From contig OX597814.1 of NCBI GenBank assembly GCA_951406725.2, positions 77,562,001 to 77,626,000 on the forward strand: a DNA stretch of 64,000 nt, given 5' to 3'. The notes under the pieces are model-generated. The model did not search any database. It was not told the DNA's origin and saw only the letters and a list, made by a program, of their open reading frames with translations. Position 1 is the first letter of the stretch, and each line of letters starts with the position of its first letter. Of the stretch, positions 1 through 12,000 are shown one piece after another. The DNA comes from Octopus vulgaris. Taxonomy: Eukaryota. The position numbers and the translations under genes are program-made.

Positions 1-192
1 AAAGACATCGTAAGCATATAAGAATTATGAGCTTGTCATAATAAACGTCGTAACGTGTATTGCATCATAATCATTATCAGTTTAGAATTATAGTACACAA
101 CGTATAACGACTAGAAAAATAACTAAAAGAAACAGTTTTTAAGCTGCTCGATATTAATATTTAAATTATAATGTTGAGGTTTTGAATCGTCA

Positions 193-264
193 TCCCATGT
201 GGTCTAGTGGTTAGGATTCCTGGCTTTCACCCAGGCGGCCCGGGTTCGATTCCCGGCATGGGAA
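193..264 (+). tRNA. trnE-TTC: tRNA-Glu, anticodon TTC
   Basis: 72-nt cloverleaf: acceptor stem TCCCATG/CATGGGA plus discriminator A, D-loop GG, anticodon arm CCTGG-CT TTC AC-CCAGG, T-loop GGTTCGATTCC. A TTTT Pol III terminator follows at 276-279. Confidence 0.97.
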
Positions 265-403
265 CGGCAATATTGTTTTAGAAATTAAAAGGTACAATTT
301 ATGTTTCTGAGAGAGATCGTTGCTTCCCACAGAAAAATTTTGATTTTTAAAAAATTATGTAGGGGAACAGGGGACTTACCTTTTGAAGTCGGCGTAAAGC
401 GAA

Positions 404-575
404 GGAGACACAATTGGTGCGTGTGTTGACGGGCTGTGCGAGACAGAAAGTGGTGTGTATGGGAAGTTGTTTTGTTAGTGTGTGAAGAGACACAGAGGCA
501 ATGGATGTATGTGTATTGATGGGGTTTGCCAGACAGAAAGTGTGTGTATATGAAGGTGTTTTACTGGTGTGTGTG
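404..575. repeat. two degenerate ~85-bp direct repeats
   Basis: Both units (about 404-484 and 486-575) read gagacaca...gtgt.ttga.ggg.t.tgc.agacagaaagtg.tgtgtat..gaag.tgtttt..t.gtgtgtg. Confidence 0.55.
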
Positions 576-670
576 TGACTGAGAGAGAGATAACTGAATT
601 TTTTAATTATTTACTTTTTGTAGTGAAAGAATATGTGAGTGATTGATAGAGAAAAAGAGAGAGAAGTTGT

Positions 671-782
671 TATGTATGTATGTATGTAGGTAGGTAGGTA
701 GGTAGGTAGGTATGTATGTATGTATGTATGTATGTATGTATGTATGTATGTATGTATGTTTGTATGAATGTATGTATGTATG
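671..782. repeat. compound microsatellite (TATG)n/(TAGG)n
   Basis: Directly visible tetranucleotide runs. Confidence 0.95.
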
Positions 783-1742
783 TGTTTATGGCTAGCTTCA
801 GTGACACACACACACTACGTGCGTACACCTATTGCATACATGTTCTTTGTACGCATACACGTTCATGTGCATGTGTGTAAGAGAGAGAGAGAGAAGGTAT
901 GTTTTTTGCTTGTTGTTTGCATGTATGTTGCCTCTCTGCGTCTACACATACACACACTAACAAAACATCTTCACATACAAGCGCCAATAAAATTATTTTA
1001 CGGAAAGCTACAATCTTTTTCAGACACATAAACAAAAGCACGTGTTTTATAAGTGACGTAAATTGTACTAAAAACGTAACGAAAGATTGCCTTGGGCCAT
1101 CTTATGCATTTGGGAAGCTTTTCCAGAATACCCGATAAAAATTATGGTCATAATAAACGATCAATAAGGAAAATATTATTATCATATTTTTTTTTTACTT
1201 TCTCACAACAGTTTTTGATTTAAATGGTGACCAGGTACATAATTATTATTATTTTTTTGTGTGTATATGAAAGACATCGTTGTCCTTAAGTTACAGTAGT
1301 ATTATTTCAAATGAGTACATGTTTTGGGTAATCTGGGCTCAGCCTAAACACTACTTTGAACCCGAAATCTAAATATTAAACTTAACTCTAGGTTCTAAAA
1401 CCTAACTCAAACTCAAACCCTAATTGCTATTAAATTTTACGAGATTTTATGTTGTTATTGATAACACCTAGAAGAAGGTAATTCTCTTCCACTCACCAAA
1501 GTGAATGGAGCTTTGGCCAGGAGGAACTGATGTCATCAGACGGTATACAACGATCATCAGGTGTTTCGATCCTGAATCATATCCTGGGTGATATGGCTTC
1601 CAGCTCAACTTCTCTCCCCTGCTCCATAACCAGCAAGAGGCTCTTTCTGCTGCCTCTCCCATACTGTACACAGCCACCCTTCGCTCTCTTCCTCTCATTC
1701 CAACGGCTGTAAGCATCCTCCGTACTGACTGGGCCGGGAAGT

Positions 1743-2265
1743 GAAATTTTTTTCCCACGAGAGTTCCGGATCCCAGTATTGAACTCAATTGCATACAGCC
1801 AATCAGAGCTCACCTTGACTATATCAAGTTAACAAACACTACCAAGTAAATTCATGATGAAGAACGGTGTTGTGAGTCGACCGATCGCCTGATTTTAGGA
1901 GACAAGTAATTAGATAGATTTGCATCTATGTCAATTATCGGATTTTGTTAGGGCCCCATATGGTAAAGATGTGGATGGGAAAAATGTGGGTAGAGGGTGA
2001 TGTGCTAGCAACCCTCTCCCCTTACTGTTTTAGATTGTAAACAACAACACAAATAACTAAGCAAGGGCAACCATGGTTGAAACAAGAACAAGAACAACAG
2101 GCATTATTAAAAGAGAAAAGAAGCATGGTCATTTGTTAACCAAATGACCTTATCGCCCATCACTTGTTATGTGCTCATGAATTAGTTTGATAGTTGAGCT
2201 CTGATTGGCTGTATGCAAATGAGTTCATAACTGGGGTCTGGAACTCTTGTGGGGGAAAAAAATTC
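1743..2265. repeat. ~70-bp inverted repeat (arms 1743-1812 and 2195-2265) carrying CCAAT and octamer motifs
   Basis: The reverse complement of the left arm, tgagctctgattggctgtatgcaattgagttcaatactgggatccggaactctcgtggg, matches the right arm, tgagctctgattggctgtatgcaaatgagttcataactggggtctggaactcttgtggg. Confidence 0.85.
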
Positions 2266-2811
2266 GTGGCTGGGAATCTCCTACAGCCAACCTCAACTGG
2301 GAAAAGTCATGACTACCATCCCTTCTCTCTGCAATTCTGCAGAAGACTCTTGTACATGGCATGTTTCAATTCATAGGCTTTATCACACCCTTCTTCCTAT
2401 GGGACTGTAAACCCATTCAAGATTATTTGCCTTGCCATTTCACACCATAAAGCTATATTTGGCTTCAGGGTTGTATGGACGACCTGGGGAAACTGCAGTC
2501 TTTCCCCAGGATTACTTTCATATCTCATAATTGGGATCCATGAAGTAAGTTATTTGTCCTTTTTAGCTGTCCTCATTGGCTTTTCACCTTCTTTCACAAA
2601 CTTGATTGCTGCAGTTGTTTTCCCCTGATGATGGTGTTTCTTGAGTCTTTTCTGTTCTAGGGTTGAGCGAGTGTTGCAAGCACCTTGTTTTGGCTCAATC
2701 TTACTGGCAAGTATTTGTTTTGAAATATTTTTGCTTTGGCTTGTAATATTCGGGATTCTTGATAATTTCCTTCTTTGACTAAAAGAAAATGCTTCAAATT
2801 TTTTCTATTAT

Positions 2812-3221
2812 ACTCTTACTCTTTTACTTGTTTCAGTCATTTGACTGCGGCCATGCTGGAGCACCGCCTTTAATCGAGCAAATCGACCCCGGGACTTATT
2901 CTTTGTAAGCCCAGTACTTATTCTATTGGTCTCTTTTGCCGAACCGCTAAGTGACGGGGACGTAAACACACCAGCATCGGTTGTCAAGCAATGCTAGGGG
3001 GACAAACACAGACACACAAATGTATACACACACACTTATATATATATACACATATATACGACAGGCTTCTTTCAGTTTCTGTCTACCAAATCCACTCACA
3101 AGGCTTTGGTCGGCCCGGGGCTATAGCAGAAGACACTTGCCCAAGGTGCCACGCAGTGGGACTGAACCCGGAACCATGTAGTTGGTAAACAAGCTACTTA
3201 CCACACAGCCGCTCCTGCGCC
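2812..3221 (-). mobile_element. tRNA-derived SINE, family 1 (octopus OK/OR-like), full length
   Basis: Head with A/B boxes (tggctgtgtggtaag, ggttcagtccc), internal (TA/TG)n and a (GAGTAAAA)n tail. Near-identical copies occur at 4928 and 14855. Confidence 0.9.
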
Positions 3222-3299
3222 TATATATTTATTTATTTATGAATAAAATTTTGAGCGTTACTGACTGTTCATGCCTCCTCCTCCTCCTCCTCCTCCTTC

Positions 3300-3725
3300 T
3301 TCTTCTTATCATTATTATTATTATTATTTCATATACATTCAACAGATTAGACTTTTGGAAAAGAAAAGAATCCTAACATTGGGCTACAACAAGTAGCCTT
3401 AGATGCCAAGAACCCTCCTATTGGGTTACAACAAGTAAATGTAAATGCCAAGAACCCTCCTAAGTATCCTTGCTGTCCCTAATAACTGTTTCCTGCAGCT
3501 GTACTAAACTGGGTTTTATGCTTATTTCCTCTATCCATCTGTTCAGATCTTTAGGGATAGTTCCCAATGTACCTATAACTACTGGGATACATTTTACCTG
3601 CACTTTCCATAGACTATAATTCAATAGCTAGGTCCTGGTACTTCTATTTTTTCTATACCTCTGTACTATGTATGAGATGAGGTGATGGTAACCTGTATTG
3701 CCATTTTGGAAAATGCAATCAATGT
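3300..3725 (-). mobile_element. 3' fragment of an RLE-type non-LTR retrotransposon (R4/Dong-like)
   Basis: The minus strand gives, across frameshifts, KYQDLAIEL..LWKVQVKCIPVVIGTLGTIPKDL, resembling an RLE endonuclease C-terminus. It ends in a (TAA)n tract, with a 42-bp tandem duplication at about 3378-3462. Confidence 0.6.
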
Positions 3726-3870
3726 TGATATAGATATGTGATACAGGTACCATTAAACTCCTGTAAATACTTATTGGAGTCATTTGAGTACTTGCCATCC
3801 CATCATATATGTTATCACAATGAGGACTAGCTAGGCAAAAATGGTGAAATGCTGTTGGAAGATTCTTTAA

Positions 3871-4091
3871 CCCTTTTGTTACTGTATTTATTTTGAGATG
3901 CTCTATGTTTCTTTCAATTATTTTAAATATAACAAAGAATTTAGTAAAATAACTTAGTTATCATTAAGCTAGTCCTAGGAACATAAATTGTGTCTAAGAT
4001 TTGGTGGAAGATTTTAATTGAAAACTTATGAAAACAAGACATTTATATTACAGAGCCAAAGCCGGTTTTAGCTGGGTTGGTAATGAAAGGG
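3871..4091. mobile_element. piggyBac-like MITE
   Basis: TTAA|CCCTTTTGTTAC...GTAATGAAAGGG|TTAA: TTAA target site and CCC/GGG termini. Confidence 0.8.
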
Positions 4092-4927
4092 TTAATGTAT
4101 TAAATCCCTTTATATCTATGTGACCGAAAAAATAAACACTTGGGGTGTCTCAAAAACTTTTAGAAGGAAACACTAATATTCCCTACTGCAGTGTATGATT
4201 GAAAGACTGTGTATTTCTTTCTTCCTTTCAGTTACTGTCCATTTACTTTTGTAAATTGTATTCTGTAGCATATTTATAATTAAATCTGCCTTGCTACTGA
4301 TGAAACAATCCCACACTGATACTGGACAATTTTCCTCTGCTGATGATATATTTCTGTGATTATATTTTTTACCCTATACATTTCTAAGAAATGCTATCTA
4401 GAGACGCATATTCAGTTTACCAGGCTCTCAACGATGTATACAATTTAAGTATAACACACAGATTGCTATTTTGAACTATTATAGCTTCTATAGTTCATAA
4501 TGGATTTTAATTTAGCCTACCAGTCAACTTCTATATCAGTGGCGGTTAAAATTTGTCTCAGCATATGGTTTCTAGTGGATACTTGCTTCTGATGAAACCC
4601 AAGGAGGCAGAAATAGGCATTTAGCAATGTCACCACTGCGGCAAGTCGATTTTTGCCCGCTCCTCATTTATTTCTGTGTTTTAAATGCTATGCATCTATA
4701 AGAGAAATACTTAAAGTTTACCGATGTAATCAACTTGCCCCTTCCCACAAAATTTCAGGCCTTTTACTTATACTAGAAAGGAGCGCCTACCTTGATTAAA
4801 ATAGATCGGTAGCAGCATTTTCCTTTTATGGCAAAGTATACACCTAATTCAATCAAATTATGAATGTTACTCTGATTACTATGCATAAAATGCAAAATAT
4901 TTTTTTTTGTAGAATTATTTTTTTGTA

Positions 4928-5322
4928 GGCATAGGAGTGGCTGTGTGGTAAGTAGCTTGCTTACGAACCACATGGTTCCGAGTTCAGTCCCACTGTGTGG
5001 CACCTTGGGCAAGTGTCTTCTACTATAGCCTTGGGCTGACCAAAGCCTTGTGAGTGGATTTGGTAAATGGAAACTGAAAGAAGCCCGTCGTATATATGTA
5101 TGTATATGTGTGTTTGTGTGTCTTTGTTCCCAACCCAACATCGCTTGACAACCGATACTGGTGTATTTACGTCTCCGTAACCTAGCGGTTCGGCAAAAGT
5201 GTCCGATAGAATAAGTACTAGGCTTACAAAGAATAAGTCCTGGGGTCGATTTGCTCGACTAAAGGCGGTGCTCCAGCATGGCCACAGTCAAATGACTGAA
5301 ACAAGTAAAAGAGTAAAGAGTA
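4928..5322 (+). mobile_element. tRNA-derived SINE family 1, full length
   Basis: Same sequence as 2812-3221 in the opposite orientation. Confidence 0.9.
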
Positions 5323-5726
5323 TTAGGTAGTCATAATTCACCCCTGCTTTTCAATCTCAGTATTTAAGCTATGCATAGTACTGTTGTAGTACACCTGCAC
5401 TCTACAACACCGTTTTCTTTACGTGCTATAAAGGCAGAAATAAATCTGCCTTCGACTCAGTCGCACGCCTGTATTTCGCTTATTTTTTGTTTTACTACAT
5501 CAACTGCCTACCCTGAGTAATTACTAACGGCATGTGCCTGATACACACACACATACATATGCGCGCACACACACGTTGCATTAAAAGATAAAACAAGTTT
5601 GTTGCTTTTGGTAAAATTTAATTATGCGCATCGAACACAATAACAGTAGGTGTGTCTTTGCCTTATTTGGACAAGGAACAGTTAACTTTCGAAAAGTGTC
5701 ACAGTTACTAAGTTCATCATCACACC

Positions 5727-6093
5727 ATGGTACATACTGTGACTGTCTCCTGTGGAGTTCGTAACGTGTTATCTCGTTCTTATAACATTACTTCGAATCC
5801 TTCGAAGTGGTACAACATTAACTGGAAGTGTTATTTTGCGTTTTATGTGCCATTGTGGACGCCTAGCTGGTCGATCGAAATCAGTGATAGTAGTAAAAAT
5901 ATTTGTTTGAATACGGTAAATAGTTCAAGAAAATTGACCTCGAGTAACCTTTATCAATATCAAATTATCAATTTCGATCACGACTTGGCTATTAACTCTT
6001 CTTATATTAACAGATCACGAATTTCAACTGCTAAATTAAGCAAGCTTTTCCACCCTTTCACTGTACAGAAAAAAATGCTTTCGGACAGAAAAG
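5727..6093 (+). CDS. PNPO: PNPO exon 1 (long N-terminal extension; second in-frame ATG at 6075)
   Basis: Kozak context ACCATGG at 5727, open frame to ...MLSDRK-G|gtaggt. The phase-1 donor fits exon 2. No homology support by eye. Confidence 0.6.
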
Positions 6094-9000
6094 GTAGGTG
6101 GAAATATAATTATATACACAAATACATGTGTACGTGTGCTTAAACCTGTGTGTTGTGGGAATTTGTCGCTATATTACACACCATGTAAACAGTATGTTAT
6201 CAAACGAATATTTTGCCTTATGTCGCACTAGCTAGAAGAGCCAACGAGAGAGAACGTTCACATTGTCGCGCTACATGCTAGAAATAGCAACCAAATCGTT
6301 TCCAAATCACACCTTACTGTTTTAGAAAAACGCCTATTTGATAATGTTGTTCAAAATTCCCTGTATATAAGAAGGAAAAAAAACAAAAACGGGGTGATCA
6401 TAGCTGCTATGCGTTTGAATTTAGGCCTACGCGATCAAGGCTGATCTTGGGCTTGTTACGATAAACAAAACCGACATCTTTTTTATGACATCTCAGTTTC
6501 CGTACAAACGTATTTTTTCTTCTTCTGTAATTCATTTATAGCAAACATGGTCGTGCTTTTTTCACTGGATCCTTCAAAACTATTTCGTCTCTTTGTATTT
6601 TGAGTTCAAGCTCTACTGTTGTCAACTTTGCCTTTCATTCTTCCAGAGCTAATGTAATAAATTACTAGTTATATACGCTATAATTGACTATATCCCTTTC
6701 TCACCAGTGTTCTCGTATTACATATTAGAAATAAATATTTACTAATGTACAAGGACACAAATTGAGGCCACATAAAAAAATGTCTTGACATGCATCAGGT
6801 TATATTGCATCTTACATATGTTTCTAAGACTCGTGTAAAATGCATTCCAATCGTGATCATCTTTTTCCATATGGTTTTTTAGGAACTTTGTCTGTGGGCA
6901 CTTTCTAATTTGACTGGACAAAATTTTGTCTATAAGTGAGTGGTTTCCCTATAATTGGTGCACTAAGCATTCCCTCAATTCCCCCTTTCTAGGACTGCAA
7001 CCCTCTGAATTGCTCGCCCTGTTCACATTTGCAAAAGTTACATTCAATTAACCTTACAAATCTTGAAAAGAATATAGTTCCGGGCTCTAGCTTTCTTCTT
7101 CAGACTGAAAAATTATCTAAAATACATTCACCTGTAGAGCAAGTGTACAAATTGCCTTGGCATCCTTGTAATTGAATCATTCACCCTTGTAACATATAAT
7201 ATGAATTTCATGAAGTTATCTGCTAATAGTATACCTTTGTCCAAGCCTTGATTTGCTAGAAATAGCAGCCAAATTTCCCCATCATGTACTGAGAGAAAGC
7301 TTTGAATAGTACAGACTGGATGGTCATAGCTAGAACTATTTTGCTCGTATCTAATCAACCCGAGTTGATCTGGGGGTAAACAACAACCCTAAAGAATTTA
7401 CAACTTTGCTCGTTATTGGTATTAATTTGGTTGCTGCATCTTATGAACATATATTCTTCACTTAACACATTTCAAATCATATACATTTTTATTTCTCTTC
7501 ATCTCTGCCAGAACGTGTGTATGTATGCATTTACGAGGGGCGTTCAATAAGTAATGCCCCTGACCCACTTCCCATAGCAGTAGAGCAACGAAACTTGGCA
7601 CAGTTATTAGTCTTTTTCTACATAGGAACCACCCAGAGTTACGCATTTCTCCCATCGTTTGATGCAGCTCTGGAGACCGTTTTTGTAGAAGACTCCAGCT
7701 TGGTCCTCCAACCACGACGTGACTTCAGAAATCAAGGCTGCATCATCTGGGAAACGCTTTCTTTTCAAAAACAACTTCATGGCTAGGAAGAGGTGAAAAT
7801 CAGAGGGTGCAAGGCCAGGAGAGTAGGGGGGATGAGGGAGGAGTACATAGCCGCACGCCTGTGCTTCTGATCTGGCGACACGCGAGTTGTGGACCAGAGC
7901 GTTGTCCTGCAGGAGGAGGATGCCTTTGCTGATCTTGCCCCGCCTCTTGATTTTGATAGCTTCTCTTAATTTCCTCAAAAGTGAAGCATAATAGGCTCCT
8001 GTAATTGAGGTACCCTTTGCCAGGAAATCTGTCATCACTACTCCGTCCTGGTCCCAGAAGACTGTGAGCATGGCCTTGCCAGCGGAGGGCTGCACCCTTG
8101 CCTTCTTTGGAGGAGGTGAGTCACGGTGCTTCCACTGCATTGACTGGGCTTTGGTCTCTGGATCATAGTGATGGACCCAGGTTTCATCCTGTGTAATCAG
8201 TCTTTTGAAAATTTTGACTCATCTTCTTGGCACATCTCCAAATTCATCCTCGAGCACTCGACGCGTTCTTGCTTCTGGAAAGGTGTGAGCAACCTGGGAA
8301 TCCATCTGGCAGACACCTTTTTCATATGCAAATGGTCATGAATGATAGTTTCCACAGACCCGGTATTAATCTTGACCTCATGAGCTATTTGGCAAATAGT
8401 TATGCGGCGATCTTCCAAAATGGCAGCCTCAGCTTGACAGACAGATGCCTCATCAATGGCAGAAGTGGGGGGGGGGGGTGGCGACCAGATCTGGGAGCTG
8501 TTTCCACAGAGTTCCGACCATGTTTGAATTCACGATGCCACCGTTTTACAAGGTCATATGATGGGACATCATCACCATAAGTTACTTTCATTTCATCAAA
8601 AGTCTCCCGTGGTGTGCGTCCTTTCAAATACAAAAACCGGATCACTGCTCGACACTCAACAGGTTCCATTTCACACTTGACTCAGTTCAAACACCTGTAA
8701 ATCAGAAACCACAATTAGTCCAGAGCTGTAATTTGCCACTTAATCTATAGAGATATAAATAATTGCACATGCAAAATTTCAGCTAGATCAAACAACTGCA
8801 AGTTGGTCAGGGGCATTACTTATTGAACGTCCCCCGTATATGTGAATATCTAAGCATACAAACATGTATGTATGTGTGCATATATTTATGTATATAAGTT
8901 TGTGTTTCCACATATATGTATGTATAATGAACTGTGAGTGTTTGAAATAGTAAAGTTTGGACTAACTACCTCATGTTGAGGGACATAACTTTATTTGTTA

Positions 9001-12000
9001 TGTTCTTCAAGGTATCCTATTTAGAATATACATTTATAAATGTACTAGCAACATAGCCCGGCGTTGCCCGGGTATGTAAGAGCCCCTAGTAGGCAACAAC
9101 TAATCCCAATCTAGTCCTTTCCCTCTAGGGAACGAAGGCGCATGTGTAGGTTGCAATGTCTTCTCTTCACTCGAATACTTCTGTGTATACGATGTTCCTA
9201 GCTGTCCCTACCTGTCGAGTTGTGTCCCCTAGACAGAAAATGTGTTGCATATAAAAAGCTTAGATTCTCGACCCCATGTCAAATTTATCGATTTTTTTCA
9301 GAACTGGGGGAACTTTTCAAAATTTTCGCTGCGTTAGTTTTGAATTATGACATTGGGCTATGTGTGTGTCAAGTTTCATCAGAATCGGTTGAAAGCCGTG
9401 GTCAGGGTGAGGGTACAACCTGACAGACACACAGACAGACAAACTGCCGTTTATATAGAGGGAGATTTATAAGAAGTGTATTTTATATGTGTGTGTGTGT
9501 GTGCGTGCGTATGTATGTATATAGACATTATGTATATATATGTATTAAGGAAAGCAAAAAAATAAAACAAAATGATATTCAGTATACTGACGATAGGAAT
9601 TTCTGTCAAAAAGATAATTAAACAAAGTTGTACATCATCTCCCTCTTTCTCTCACACCCCACTCTTCCTCTCACGCCCCCACTCTTTCTCTCTCTTTGAA
9701 TATTAGCGCCACCATCAACACTACTACTTTTAATAAAACATCAACTCTCCCTAAATTTCTTTGTCTCTCTTTCTCTCTCTGTCTTCGCTACCACTCTCAC
9801 CGTCTCTATGCTTACTATTACTCCCACCCCATCTAGAAGAATAGTAGGAGTGTCATTGAATAGTGAGAGAGGGGATCTAAGTGTGACACACTGACACACA
9901 GAAATTAGTTTTTGCATTAACTAATAATGGACCACTTTAAATCATTAGAATGATTATTAAATTTTAGAATGATTATTAAATACAGAAGGAAATGTAATTC
10001 TACTATTCTTAGTAAATGCATTTGGAATTTGACAGATAAGAATATGATTTAAAGTGGTTCATTATTAGTTATGCACCATCATATAATATTATAATTCTAC
10101 TTGTGATCTTTGCCTCAAAGAATTCTATTTTATAACTACTTCTAAATCAATTTTATTGAACTTTAATGGGCACTTAAATTTTAGATGTTGCCATAAAAAG
10201 ACATTCAAATATTTCAATTATTAATTACAATGATCTTTTAATTAATTATTTATTATATAATAAGGTTAATTTCTATTAATGTAGTGTTTAATATAGTGAC
10301 TAATTAATTAATTAATTATAGCAATGTTAAAGTATCTAAACATTGATTAAGCATAATGTAGAATTCTTATGTATAATTTTTATTCTGTAATTATCCAGAG
10401 ATCATCAAGATTTGTATATATTATTAATTATAGTAATTTTTCTATTATTATATAATAATCTTAATTCATATAAAAGGGTGTAATATAAAAATGAATAGGT
10501 ATTTAATTATCCTATCCGTTATCTTTATTCTTTAGTTATCTAGTGTAGTCATCAATAATTATATATATTATTATTAACTAGCAGAAGTACCAGTGTTGCT
10601 CGGGATTTAAATACTACAATGATTTTGATACTTAGTAAATTTCCTATGTCATAAATAGCGTTAATGCCAAATTATAACACAATTGGTTGCTTATTGTAAC
10701 AAAATTGTCACAAATTTTAACAAAATTGTCACCGGGTACTCATCGTCATTGTTCGACCGTGGTCGAGACAATGGAATTTACCATGCTACGCCAGACTTCA
10801 CGGTCCATCATAGCATTACGGAGGTCCTGTTGCTGGGTGCCTGTATCCCTGGAGATTACATCAGGGTAGGAGAGTGTGCATCCTCTGGTATCGCGAGTAG
10901 ATGGCTTCCAGAGGAGAAGAGTAGAAATTGCCTCATTTTCAGCTCTACAACAATGTCCAGCAAACTGGACTCTCCTACCTTTCACAAGAGATGACGCTTC
11001 CACGAGAGATTTTGAGCTCTCATAAGGAGGCGAGTGTAGGTTCCATCCAACTGCCTCTCAAGCTTCTTTGATAACATCCAAGTTTCTGAGCCATATAGTA
11101 GAATTGGTTCGACTGTGGCTTTGAAGATTTTAAGTTTGAAGTCTCTACTTAGATTTGATGACCAGATCTTATGCATATCATTACAGGCTGACCAGGCCAT
11201 ACCCTTTCTAGTTAGAAAATCTTTTCCAGATGATGATATGTAAACAAGTGCCTGTCCAACAGTGATTGCATCATCCATACTCTCAACAATATGCCCTTAA
11301 ATATGGTTTCTGATTACAAATATCTTGGGTCATACATATCACCGGGTACTGCTGAAGCCAAGCAGTAACAGTTTGATACAAAGTCCTGAGAAGGGCTTTA
11401 ATGCATTCTCAGAAGTTGTAACAATCACAGGTAAAGTAGCCCTGAAAAAGTCTTTTTTGCTATTCTCACAGCAGTAACAATCTGATAAGAAGCCTTTGTA
11501 AGGCTGTATGGCCAATTCATGAAATAAAGAAGCCTTGAAAAGGGCTGTAATTCATTCTCAGGTGGTGTAACAATCATATGTAAAGTGACCCTGAAAAAAG
11601 CCTTTTTTCGTTTGCACCAAAAGCAACTGTTGCTGTGAAATGTGAAACTTTGTAGAAACAGATAACAAAGCTAGGTTGGACAAAGGAAAAAGAAACATGG
11701 TTGAGGAAAGTTAGTAACTTTGAAAGCATGACTACAGTAGCACTCACTCACCAAATACAGGTCTGCAAGGTTGCACTGGTGTAGTGGAAGTACTGAGGTT
11801 CACAAATTTGAAAGCAATTGGCACATGAAGTGCCTACAACACCTCTCTGTAGACCACATTTTTCATTTTGCTATTAGGTGCAAATACGAATAGACTTTAT
11901 TTGCTTCCAACTCTGGAGCATCCAACATATAACGCCTAAATGGAGGCCTCCTATGGTTAGGGTTTGGCCTTGGGACTTATTGATTGACATGGCAAAGCAG

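Noticed and set aside
611-1138. Short ORFs in microsatellite DNA (also 20858-21171, 46994-47224 and 60593-60953)
   Set aside because: Low-complexity (CA/TA/GA)n translations with no coding signal.
1360-1425. Telomere-like (AACCCT)n remnant
   Set aside because: Too degenerate, with only one exact unit.
4928-5000. tRNA genes at SINE heads (also near 3150-3221 and 14855)
   Set aside because: A/B boxes are present but there is no proper acceptor stem or anticodon arm, and the sequence runs on into the SINE body.
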